DNA of 64,000 nucleotides from Phoronis australis (taxonomy: Eukaryota > Animalia > Phoronida): NCBI GenBank assembly GCA_002633005.1, contig NMRA01000342.1:119063-183062 (forward strand), written 5' to 3'. The position numbers and the translations under genes are program-made. Positions 53,201 through 61,671 of this stretch are shown here, piece by piece (position 1 is the stretch's first letter; every line of letters starts with the position of its first letter). The notes beneath the pieces are model-generated. The model saw only the letters and a program-made list of their open reading frames with translations. It did not search any database and was not told the DNA's origin.

Positions 53201-56200
53201 CAAACACGTTGAGGTCACTGGCAATGTTTTGTGTTTTTCTGGAGACATGCGGTTTTGAGGATTTCTTGAGCCTGAATGAAAGATGTAAAAAATACAAAAA
53301 TTGATTTGATATTAGTCATCCGATTTACCAAACCTCTGTTTAGCACCTTTATAATAAAAATAATCAAACATACTACATGATTGAATATAATTATATGCCT
53401 TGGCTTGTTTTACTGTGCAGGGTTCAAATCAACTCGTTTACTGTTAGTCTATAGACTGATGTATTCATGGAAATGAGGCTCTCTCACAACAACTGGCATG
53501 GCCTTGATATTAAAATATAAGGATAGCTTAAATTCAGGGGTCCCGTTCCAAGAAACTGACGTGTTTTCAGAAAATAGGATTATTTTGTCTAAAAGGCCAA
53601 AAGATTATACACGGGAAGTTATGGTTTGTAAGTCCCCAAGCAGGCTGTTAATCACTCCTTGCACAATAGCATTTACTTGGCCTGACTGAAACGTCTCTAC
53701 AACAATACCAGGTGTTAGCCGCTTTTTCCCTAAACACAACGGACTGACCCATGCCTGTTCAAAACAAAGAGACAATCATTTCTCACCAAAGAACACCATC
53801 AAAGCTGTCCTGCTCTTGTATGACGGTTTACCAGTTTCCCCACTCATCACTGAATCGCTGATCTCGATGGGGTTGNATAAATAATTAGGTCGATCACCAC
53901 CCGAAGGTTCGTAAACCCCATCTTCATAGGCTGAAGGTAGAATTCGCAACAGGGGACTATCTGCAAAAGGTAGGGATTTAGAACTTTACATTTGCCGATA
54001 AGGAAAGCTATTATGATTGCCTTGTGCTTTTACTGTTCTTATGCATTTTATGCAGTCAAGCTTTGGTGTGTCTCCTGCTCTGCCATAGAGGTCACTGTAC
54101 CCAGACACAGGGCTGTAGCAAGCAAGGAAGGCACCCCATTTTACAAAGTTTGTTGCACCACCATGCAAAAAAGTTTACTTGCTCCAGTCCAGTACCGAGT
54201 ATTTAACCACTGAAAACACCAACACAAGTCCTTTCTGGTTTAGGCTGTTTCTACTTTATCCCTGCATCAATGCCAACATTAACAGTTACTACACCCTGAG
54301 TGGTTTATCACATAATCCGACTACAAACTCGTCACTGCTTTAATAAAATAACCATCTTAAATGGAAGTAGTTTTATTATCTTCAGCTAAAAGTCATCTAT
54401 CACCCAGTTGTTTTCACTATCCTTAATTCGAACACCCTGGATGTTAACCTGCACAAATAGTACCCCATTTCCCCCAAATCTTACTTACCCACACCCCCCC
54501 ACTCAGGATGGGCAGGATTGTTGTACCAACCATCGTAACCTTCATACTCAATGTGCTTCTTCAAAGTCTCAGAGTCTAGAAAATAAAGGGGTATCACATA
54601 CACCACACCATGTCATATCAAGTGATTTACTGACGCTTAATGTCAAAAGAACAAAAATACGTAGTAGTGGGGTAGTGACCCACGCCGTTCTTTAATGGTA
54701 CGGGTGGGTGCACAAGTGTTGCTGAAGTAGGGGTGTCACCAATTTGGGAGTCGAAGTGAATACTATTTTCACCAATAGTGGTATCAGTTTATTTTTCTTA
54801 AACAGGTTTAGGTAGACATACTTTTGTTGGTCATTTCGGTCCCTTAATGGATACTTGAAAACCAAGAAGCTCCCAAACATGTGCTCCCCCATTCAAATTA
54901 TTCTTTGGGGTATTCAAATCACTGAGACAGTAGTTAATGTTCGCAAGTCAAGTCACACCATTGTGTTGCTCAGGCAAGTTACACAATAGAAGTATGGAGC
55001 ACATCAATAAAGGAACATCAGTTGCAACGTCTGTTGTACCGGTAGTTAACCAATTTTTGATCCATCAAATAAAAAGTTAAATTTTCAATGACATATTCAG
55101 TCTTTATAGTCTACAGTGCCTAAACTGGGTGGGAAAGAATGCTGCCACGAACAGGCACATTGGTTGTCACTGTCACCCATTGCTGTTTCCTAATTCCTAA
55201 ACAAAAGAAGCCAGTGATAAAAGCCCAAGTGCTATGGTAAGTGCCCATCATAATCCAAACCTGAGTAAGATGCATTGATTTCATTGTTACCTGTCAGGTA
55301 ATGTGATGCAGCGCCTAATGATTCCAGAAAATATATAGTCAAATTGCAAAATGAGTTCACTAGGGCATGTTTCACTTGTATGGCTAAAATCACCTCTGAT
55401 ACATTGTCACCAGGTTCAACAAGTTCAAAGACGTCGTCCAGCATGGGGGAGAAATGCTTCGTTACAGCCATCAGTACAAAGTGTGGGAAAATTTTTCCAG
55501 AAGAGTAAAAGATGCAAAGCAGAAACGCAGTCTCCGTGTGACGAGAGCGAGTCATCAGAGTAGGGAGGTACGGGTTAGTTTTGGAGAACAAATAATCGAT
55601 TATAGAGTGTATGAGTTGGTAAGGGCGTGGTCAAGGATATAAAATCTCCACTGGATCCGAGTCTGGTGAATAGGGCATACGCCAGTCACTCTGGCAGATG
55701 ATACAATGGTGTCTCCCTTTCTAGTTGGAGTTTTATAAGCCAAAAGACCAAGTTTAGCCGAATCAACATGGCAAGTTATCTAACATTTGATACCATTGAG
55801 ATTCCAGAAAAATGGGGTTGTTGTGTAAACGACATTCACCTCGGAACGTTATGAAAACGCTTGCAAAAAGTAAGACAAAAAGAACACATAGTTTTAGAAA
55901 TTCATGACGAATGGTGTTCTTTGTAAGAAATGCGTTGTCAAAATATGTTAGTGCTGAGCACTGCATATGGTGAGTTGGAGTCATATGTGCTGACAACTTC
56001 ATGTGTTCCCCAAGAAATTGTAATGGTGTTGTTGATTATGTTATTGCCCCAGATTCAGTAACACAATTTCTTGGTTTGATGTCAGAGACCAGATCAATTC
56101 AGACCAATATTATTAAGTTTAAAATTTTCCAAAGTCAAAAACTTGTCAGGCAATGACCGACAGTTAGCTACTCATACAGTAAAATCAGCAACAAGGTAAA

Positions 56201-59200
56201 TTGGAAAGTTTCAAATCTCGCAAACTATAGATAACAACAGGATTCGGATGAAAGTGAATTGAATATATGGCACTGTGGAAAACATTTACCAGTTGATTAA
56301 TAAGTCAAATTTGCAGTTGGAATGAACGTAAACATGCAATGAAACGAGCAAAAGCTCTATGAACAGATTAATTTGATCTATAATGTCTTTTTAGGAGATT
56401 ACAGACAAAAAAGATCACTTGAAAATTGATCTCATTACCAAGAAAAAATAAAATATACAAAATTATCAAAATGAAGAAAAATATCATCAAGTCTTGATGT
56501 TAACTTTTTAAACTTGTAATAACCTTGCAGTGACAGTAACAGTAAATTTTTATGACTCATGTTTTCTAATGAAAGTACCACACCCGTTCTTTAGCTAAAT
56601 ATCTAAGGGAAGATTTTTCAATCTCGAAATTACATTTATAATCTACTGTTTCATAACTCCTGTTGTTGAGTGGCAAGTGTCACAGTTCCTTCCATGTTGC
56701 ATGTTTCTTTCGACGTGATTAATTAATTATTGTTCAGTTGCTACAGTAATGTATATGTACACACAAAGATTCTTCCTTGTTCCTCCATGTTGTCATTAAT
56801 TAAGTTTTTTAATTGCTACAATATTGTAAGCCTCCTCAAGAAGCATGTGTTTCCTTAGATGCACAATAATTAAAACAAAGATTCTTCAAAATGCTGCCAT
56901 TTTCGACAAAATACCATACATAAAAGGGAGCCTTTTCTGAATTTCCAGAATAGAACTGGGTGAAAATGTGAATTTTTACTCAAAATTACTCTCTAAATGG
57001 GTCACTTTTTGTCCGAGCCCACTCTCTAAATGGGTAGGCATCCAAATTTTCGAGCAGCACCACTCGTCCAAAAATACTCAAGTACCCCCGTGGTTTCAGA
57101 TACCACTTGTTGATTTTGATCATCTACTTTGTGATATGACTTGGTTTCAAAAAATGTAACAATGGCACATTTCTGGCATGTGCATTCATGTAAAATGTCA
57201 GTTAGCAAAATGTAACAACTTGTTACATTTTAGGAGAAGCTTAGTCACAAAAAATGTAACAATGAGATAAAATGTAACAATTCCTACATTTTGGGAAACT
57301 GTTACATTTTAGGGTAACAGGCAGCTTTCATGGATTTTTTCAACAGGATATTTTTCAAACCTCCAGCTAAGCTGCAAAGTTTGGCCTGTGAATAAATGGC
57401 GGGAGTTTGCACTGCAATTATCTATCTTGATCTTTAAGGACTATGATGAGTCATATAGCAGGTCAATCCTAGAAAAATCGCGGATACCTTTTCCCTTTGT
57501 CAAGTTGCACACTTAGCTAATGGAATGCATGTGTCGATTAGAGAACACTGATTCAACTTCCACAACAGCAACTAGTCTTGCACTCCAGAACCATTCACTG
57601 AATTGCAGTAGTGAAAAAAGGTAACGCCATGCATGCAAGTAAGAACTCAATTTTGCGACCTGAAATGGTGAGTATTTAACGCCGCAGGTAAGAGCATAAT
57701 TTAAGCATTTTCTCGATGACCCAAAAATCAATTTTGGGACTTAAAAATGGCGGGAAGATTTTTGATAAAAAAGTTTGAAAAGTCTACTACCCTAAGTGTT
57801 TAAATAAAAAAATAATTGTAGGCGGTCTGGTACACATTGTACCAGATGTGCAAAACCCACGCATATGGGCCCATTGCAATGATCACCTGGAACTATTTTT
57901 GTGATTTATTAATATACAGTTGAAACTGAGCTGAGGAGCTAGAAACCTGACTCAAAAGGTCTAGCAATATGGCCCAGTGGGACTCGAACTCACGACCTCG
58001 AGTAAAGAAGGCGGGCACCTATCACACTAGGCCACACTGCCTCCTCCAGTATTCACATAAAGAGTTGTAAAAGGTTTTTGGTGAAAGACTGCTTTGACTA
58101 GGTAAACACTCAATATCAAAAGTAGGTAGGCTAAATGGGCTTGATATAAAATACAAACACGGAAATACAACCCATAAATGTTGTGGGATGGGTTTATGCC
58201 TGAATAATACAAGTGCTGAGTGGGCTTATACTGGGGGGGATGCCTGGGTAGATTCAAAAAAGAAACTGAAAGTGAAAACACGGCAATATACAAAATTCCC
58301 AGACGCGGAAACATTTGTACTTAAATTTGGATATTAATCCACCACGAGTGTATGTAATTACAATTGTTGTCAAGGAGATCACTTACTCTTCATCAAATAA
58401 CATTTATTTAACAACTCATTATTACGCAATAACACAATATTTCCCAAGTCCTTTCTGAGAGAAAAATGTTAATCCCTGTCTTATAATCTTATAACTCCTA
58501 CCAAGTATTTGGATTACAACAACATCATTTAAATTTCTTGAAAGAAAGTCATAAATAGAATTTAAACTTCCAAAACAGCTGAACTGCACACAACCTAAAA
58601 TAAGTTTTCATTTACAAAGATCTTTGATTGGTAGTAAATGAAACACTAGGCCCTGTGACATGCTTGGTTCTGTTCATTCAAGTCATGTACTAAAGACAAG
58701 AGCAACGCGGAGCGTTGAAATGTGCCCAGGAATGCACTGCAAATGGTGGTATTTACTTGTAACATAAAAATGACCACTAGATCTGGTGCAAAATACCGTA
58801 AACGTTCAGGTTAACGCCCATGCTCAGATAACCGCCCACCCCCGATTTTTTGGTTTGCCAATTTAAATGCCCAGGGCGTTAACCCGAATGTTTACGGTAC
58901 TCTGAATCCATCCCAAAAATGGGAAATTGTCGTTTCTTTAAGAGGACGCTATTTACTACATTTCATGAAAATCTGACAAGGAAGTTCAGAGAAACAGAGG
59001 AATATGGGAAAAAATGATACTGCCACTAGGGGGTATGTAGCGTTTGTCGGATATGTCTGAAAGTCGTCGTCTTCCGTTGTCAACTTCATATAAATGCACC
59101 TGCTAAATTTAATAAAGATCCAGCAGAGGGCTTAGGAGATACAGCTAGGGGCGCAAAAAAACAAAACTGCCACTAGGAGGCACCACAATAATCAAAGTCC

Positions 59201-59634
59201 CTGGAAAATCATCGTCAACCATCATCTTCACACTAAGAACATATAAGCCAATTTTCACACTCATCCTAAGAGTTGATTGGTTGACAGAGGGCAGAAGCTA
59301 AAAAACAGACGAGAAAACGGTAAAAATGGCCCTACCCGACGTTCCCATGAAAACAGCCCCCACCTCATGCCCGTGACCTTTATTCCTTGTTACTCACCAA
59401 CTGACGGTATAAAGGGTNCACCCTTTTTACGCAATCTCAGATTCAGTTGGCACGGCTGCAAGCCATTTCACTATGTATTTAAAGGGCTCGCGAAATCGAG
59501 GCTGTTAATCTATCACCACTAGTACACGCACGCCCTCTAGTTATTGTAGATTTTCCGAATAGCCCCTGACTTAAAGCAGGGACACAGCAATACAGCATAC
59601 AGACCGCAAGGCACAAGGCCCAGCACGGGTACAT
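21767..59634 (-). CDS. DUOX: Dual oxidase (DUOX), 29 coding exons, ~1619 aa (whole-gene span)
   Basis: Manually spliced GT-AG exons give one continuous frame (4860 nt incl. stop). Motifs: [56 protein letters not shown]-hand [16 protein letters not shown] heme His (FHKY, MHVIGH, LTHN, FLHG), [25 protein letters not shown]. Confidence 0.97.
22301..22429 (-). CDS. DUOX: DUOX coding exon 28 ([28 protein letters not shown]...)
   Basis: ttacag/gtacaa boundaries. Confidence 0.95.
22408..22700. repeat. ~45-bp minisatellite built from the DUOX exon-28 acceptor junction
   Basis: About 6 imperfect copies of catggaaatgtctctcacaaatgtactgtaacggaacatttaatg. Confidence 0.85.
22973..23292. mobile_element. 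TTAA-flanked Kolobok-like MITE carrying a tRNA-like segment (23181-23245, +)
   Basis: ttaaGGGG...CCCTttaa ends; internal TGGCTCAG..., GACTGCAA, GGTTCGATAC boxes. Confidence 0.5.
23435..23590 (-). CDS. DUOX: DUOX coding exon 27 ([15 protein letters not shown]...FDMRTTML)
   Basis: ttgtag/gtgcgt boundaries. Confidence 0.95.
23970..24128 (-). CDS. DUOX: DUOX coding exon 26 ([14 protein letters not shown]...[11 protein letters not shown])
   Basis: tttcag/gtgagt boundaries; NADPH-binding motif. Confidence 0.96.
24774..25003 (-). CDS. DUOX: DUOX coding exon 25 (FAD-binding, [20 protein letters not shown])
   Basis: ttgcag/gtacta boundaries. Confidence 0.95.
26068..26399 (-). CDS. DUOX: DUOX coding exon 24 ([17 protein letters not shown]...AELLPS)
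   Basis: ttccag/gtgaga boundaries; heme His in LTHN and FLHG. Confidence 0.95.
27690..28122. mobile_element. Palindromic MITE in DUOX intron 23
   Basis: ~27690-27850 is an inverted copy of ~27948-28122 (tttattcactataaaccattctcaag vs cttgagaatggtttatagtgaataaa). Confidence 0.75.
28140..28233 (-). CDS. DUOX: DUOX coding exon 23 ([30 protein letters not shown])
   Basis: ttccag/gtgagt boundaries. Confidence 0.95.
28716..28946 (-). CDS. DUOX: DUOX coding exon 22 ([23 protein letters not shown]...[16 protein letters not shown])
   Basis: tttaag/gtaagt boundaries; first heme His. Confidence 0.95.
29587..29916 (-). CDS. DUOX: DUOX coding exon 21 (cytosolic linker to NOX TM1, ...[10 protein letters not shown]...FAERAY)
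   Basis: ttgcag/gtgagt boundaries. Confidence 0.94.
30550..31370 (+). repeat. Interspersed family with ~100-bp internal subunits (aaatttcac...aaaattgccact...); further copies at ~34420-35280 and ~58920-59330
   Basis: Recurrent motifs aaatttca(c/t), ggagatac, aaa(a/c)tgccact, gtcatctg; superfamily not assignable by eye. Confidence 0.6.
31703..31878 (-). CDS. DUOX: DUOX coding exon 20 (SFMELSS...SAQINWN)
   Basis: ccacag/gtaatc boundaries. Confidence 0.93.
32657..32736. repeat. 22-bp tandem repeat (ataacaaggtcacatgcactat) x~4
   Basis: Directly visible. Confidence 0.8.
33784..33877 (-). CDS. DUOX: DUOX coding exon 19 (EF-hand 2, [30 protein letters not shown])
   Basis: ttctag/gtgagg boundaries. 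Confidence 0.94.
35637..35862 (-). CDS. DUOX: DUOX coding exon 18 (EF-hand 1, [13 protein letters not shown])
   Basis: ttatag/gtatga boundaries; canonical EF loop. Confidence 0.95.
35935..36035. repeat. 16-bp tandem repeat (ggccaagttaaaacta) x~6
   Basis: Directly visible. Confidence 0.8.
36923..37108 (-). CDS. DUOX: DUOX coding exon 17 ([13 protein letters not shown]...FFKKIYSH)
   Basis: tttcag/gtgagt boundaries. Confidence 0.93.
37403..37608 (-). CDS. DUOX: DUOX coding exon 16 ([15 protein letters not shown]...RMPKEYDL)
   Basis: atgtag/gtaatg boundaries; PKEYDL motif. Confidence 0.93.
37650..38400. repeat. (GAT)n microsatellite with a four-copy higher-order unit, in DUOX intron 15
   Basis: Unit gacagtgatgatggtggc...actgatattgataaccatgacagtgctggcaat followed by (gat)n, repeated 4 times. 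Confidence 0.9.
39362..39478 (-). CDS. DUOX: DUOX coding exon 15 ([15 protein letters not shown]...)
   Basis: gcatag/gtaata boundaries; end of TM followed by a basic stretch. Confidence 0.9.
39860..40087 (-). CDS. DUOX: DUOX coding exon 14 (Cys-rich linker, CPQPFQL, start of first TM)
   Basis: tttcag/gtaaga boundaries; DPCPQP and YDYFTGS motifs. Confidence 0.93.
40602..40720 (-). CDS. DUOX: DUOX coding exon 13 ([19 protein letters not shown]...[10 protein letters not shown])
   Basis: gttag/gtaaat boundaries; an alternative in-frame donor exists at 40568. Confidence 0.92.
41005..41216 (-). CDS. DUOX: DUOX coding exon 12 (PVRNLRDIY...[13 protein letters not shown])
   Basis: tttcag/gtgagt boundaries; DGDRFWFEN motif. 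Confidence 0.94.
41880..42212 (-). mobile_element. Two tandem tRNA-derived SINE heads (41905-41965, 42162-42212)
   Basis: Minus strand CTCAGTGGTAAGAGC...GGTTCAATTCCCAG; second copy ~258 bp away with shared flank. Confidence 0.6.
42507..42691 (-). CDS. DUOX: DUOX coding exon 11 ([30 protein letters not shown]...)
   Basis: taacag/gtgaga boundaries; NIQRGRDHG motif. Confidence 0.95.
43301..43397 (-). CDS. DUOX: DUOX coding exon 10 ([32 protein letters not shown])
   Basis: gatag/gtaatt boundaries; GMASQI.ERED motif. Confidence 0.95.
44113..44221 (-). CDS. DUOX: DUOX coding exon 9 ([12 protein letters not shown]...[11 protein letters not shown])
   Basis: ttgcag/gtagat boundaries. Confidence 0.93.
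44680..45030. mobile_element. Foldback/MITE copy in DUOX intron 8; related copy at 46642-46918 in intron 6
   Basis: 44680-44879 is the reverse complement of 46719-46918; 44878-44953 directly repeats 46643-46717; internal palindrome present. Confidence 0.8.
45200..45296 (-). CDS. DUOX: DUOX coding exon 8 ([32 protein letters not shown])
   Basis: ttgcag/gtgaga boundaries; proximal-His motif RFGH. Confidence 0.95.
46466..46538 (-). CDS. DUOX: DUOX coding exon 7 ([24 protein letters not shown])
   Basis: gtacag/gtcagt boundaries; fills the expected gap in frame. Confidence 0.93.
46968..47146 (-). CDS. DUOX: DUOX coding exon 6 ([13 protein letters not shown]...WTIATHQ)
   Basis: tttcag/gtgggt boundaries. 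Confidence 0.95.
48363..48582 (-). CDS. DUOX: DUOX coding exon 5 ([15 protein letters not shown]...NVKRFY)
   Basis: gccag/gtgagt boundaries; NEITPFLDG peroxidase motif. Confidence 0.95.
48736..49138. mobile_element. MITE with ~45-bp TIRs
   Basis: ttgtatgaaacagtcccaa...ttgggactgtttcatgcaa; the same end occurs at ~2156-2174. Confidence 0.6.
49483..49670 (-). CDS. DUOX: DUOX coding exon 4 ([20 protein letters not shown]...SPNNPRQQ)
   Basis: ttgcag/gttggt boundaries; phase-consistent. Confidence 0.95.
51312..51547. mobile_element. hAT-like MITE
   Basis: cattggcagatctac...gtagatccgcctctg TIRs with G/C-run subterminal regions. Confidence 0.65.
53787..53960 (-). CDS. DUOX: DUOX coding exon 3 ([20 protein letters not shown]...RTALMVFF)
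   Basis: ttgcag/gtgaga boundaries; contains an N at 53876. Confidence 0.93.
54489..54575 (-). CDS. DUOX: DUOX coding exon 2 ([28 protein letters not shown])
   Basis: tttctag/gtaagt boundaries; YDGWYNN animal-heme-peroxidase N-terminal motif. Confidence 0.95.
57971..58035 (-). mobile_element. tRNA-derived SINE head
   Basis: Minus strand GTGGCCTAGTG (A box)...GAGTTCGAGTCCC (B box)...GGGCCA. Confidence 0.55.
58796..58897. mobile_element. Tc1/mariner-pogo type MITE (102 bp)
   Basis: TA|CCGTAAACGTTCAGGTTAACGCCC...GGGCGTTAACCCGAATGTTTACGG|TA. Confidence 0.8.
59532..59634 (-). CDS. DUOX: DUOX coding exon 1 (signal peptide [24 protein letters not shown]...)
   Basis: Acceptor ttttcag at 59648, then ACC-ATG start and a hydrophobic signal-like peptide. 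Phase-1 donor gtgcgt at 59531 fits exon 2, but the 3' boundary is uncertain. Confidence 0.6.
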
Positions 59635-61421
59635 GGTGAAGCAAGAGCTGAAAATAATACAAAAAGGTGTACGCACACGACTAGATTCAAACAAGACTCA
59701 AAGAGGTTCTGATCTGCTGCTTAACAAACTAATTACAAGGATTTCAATCATCATTCCATTGAACCCCCTCCCCACCCCACCCCTTATGATGACTATGGTT
59801 TGAATTGCTAATGGTCTCTAAGTAAAAATTAAAATAATTTATGAAAAAATGCAGTTTGAAAATAGCCTGAAAGATGTGAAGTATTGTACGTAAATAACAT
59901 AATTTCTGTTATACTATTGTATTTTGGGACCGAGTAATTCAATGCCTTATTTTTTCAGCCTTCCATTGCATATGTATGAATCAAGTGTACAGCTTCACAG
60001 ACATGGTTACAACTGTACAGTATGGACATGTAAACTTTTGAAAACAAGTACATAAGATCCCATGAAAATCAAGTCAAAAGCATTTAAATTCAATACTCCA
60101 ACATTGAGAAATGTGGTAGGGTGAACATAAGGAAGTTTACAATGGAAGTAACGTTCAGTCTCGAGCTGAGTGAATGAACTTGATCTAAATTTAGTCAGGT
60201 AAGGTCGGTCAGTTTGAGGTGGGTTGGATGCCTATGGCAACTGGTGGTTTTGGATGGGTTGGCTGCAAAAGGGTCTTTAAAACAGCCTCAGTTTCAAGTT
60301 TTTACAAACCTGGTGTCAAAAGAAATTTTCTTCACAAACACATATGTACCTCAACACCATCATGTTCTTATTCTCAGTTTTAATTGACATTAATTATAAC
60401 TGGATTCCTGATACGCAGGCATCCTGTTGACAGCGGCTCTTAATTGTCAAGTCTATTAAAAAGACACTTAATCCTGTTTTGACGATTTCAACCTATGCTC
60501 TTTTTGTCACCTGCTAATTAATACATCATTGGTGTCAATATTCCAAGTTAAAGACAGGAATCAACTAAAAACTAAAACTCCCTATCTCACAACATGGTTA
60601 TTGTGGTCCTTAGTGGATGATCTTTGCCCACATTTCACTCAAATCATAGGTAATGTTTGCCCCTTTATCAGACTTTGCAAGGAAATTTCAAATTTTCCTC
60701 CTAACTTCTGAGGGTTGTCGAGGGTAACAGAGAATTATTTTGTTTCAAAGAACTGGATGGTGAAGTTGATTTTAGTATCATTTTATAGGTTCACGTACAA
60801 CAGGCAGAAAATGAACAATTCAAAGCGAGGCTGTGAATAAAAAATACAGCTGCCAGTATATCAGACTTCAGAAATCAGTTCTGATCCAAGAAAGGGAAAA
60901 GTCATGACTAATTTCATAACTGCAAGTGATCTAAATAATAGGGAATTTTGTATGGAAGATGGGCTCGTATAACCTTTTTTATAAATTCACTTTCACAGCG
61001 GTAAAGTAATAAGATAGAGTAGGTCTAATTAGGAATTATATGGTAACTACATTACGGTAGCCATAGTCGGTACCTACAGTGAATTTTGTAGGATCGACTT
61101 GCAGGAAATATCAAGTCACGACTGAAGGACTGAATTGAGGCATAAACAACACCTTTCGCAGAGGGTACAACACTGAGCCTCTTCGACTTCTCGGCTGGGC
61201 CACGAGCTTCAATATAGCTATGTTAAATATTATCCTCCGTGCCTCCTACATTATGCATGTTGTGTGCCGCCCTTACCACATGGAAGGCTTGAGATAAAAT
61301 AATCGAATCGATGGTTAAATACGGAGACTTTCTAGCTTCCTCAGATATTTCGAGTGAGCTTAACCGGTACGACGGAATAGGCCAAATAGTGACAACAATC
61401 GGCAAATATGTCAGTGCTTAC

Positions 61422-61671
61422 CTTTGCGATAGGGACGACAAGTGCAAATTTAACTTATGCTGATCGCCGAGCTTCCACTAAGCCGCTGTCTTCCAGGTAA
61501 TCGTCTGCTTCAAAGGGATGCTATCCACGACAAGTTATCATACGTAGGCCCATCCCAACAGGACTTGGCAGAACTAGTGACATTCGTAGATTTCAAAGGG
61601 TGTCATTTTACCTCTCAACTTGGATCGTTGCGCATTGAAAAATAGTTCACAACACGAAACACACTCTTATA
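61422..61671 (-). promoter_or_regulatory. Putative DUOX promoter (TATAAGAG 61671-61664) and non-coding first exon
   Basis: TATA-like box, Inr-like CTATTTT ~28 nt downstream, strong donor AAG|gtaagc at 61421. The ATG-bearing exon has its own acceptor at 59648, so an upstream exon is required. Confidence 0.5.

Noticed and set aside
55232-55591. 119-aa minus-strand ORF as an extra DUOX exon
   Set aside because: No recognisable DUOX motif, and no phase-compatible strong splice sites are needed to complete the gene.
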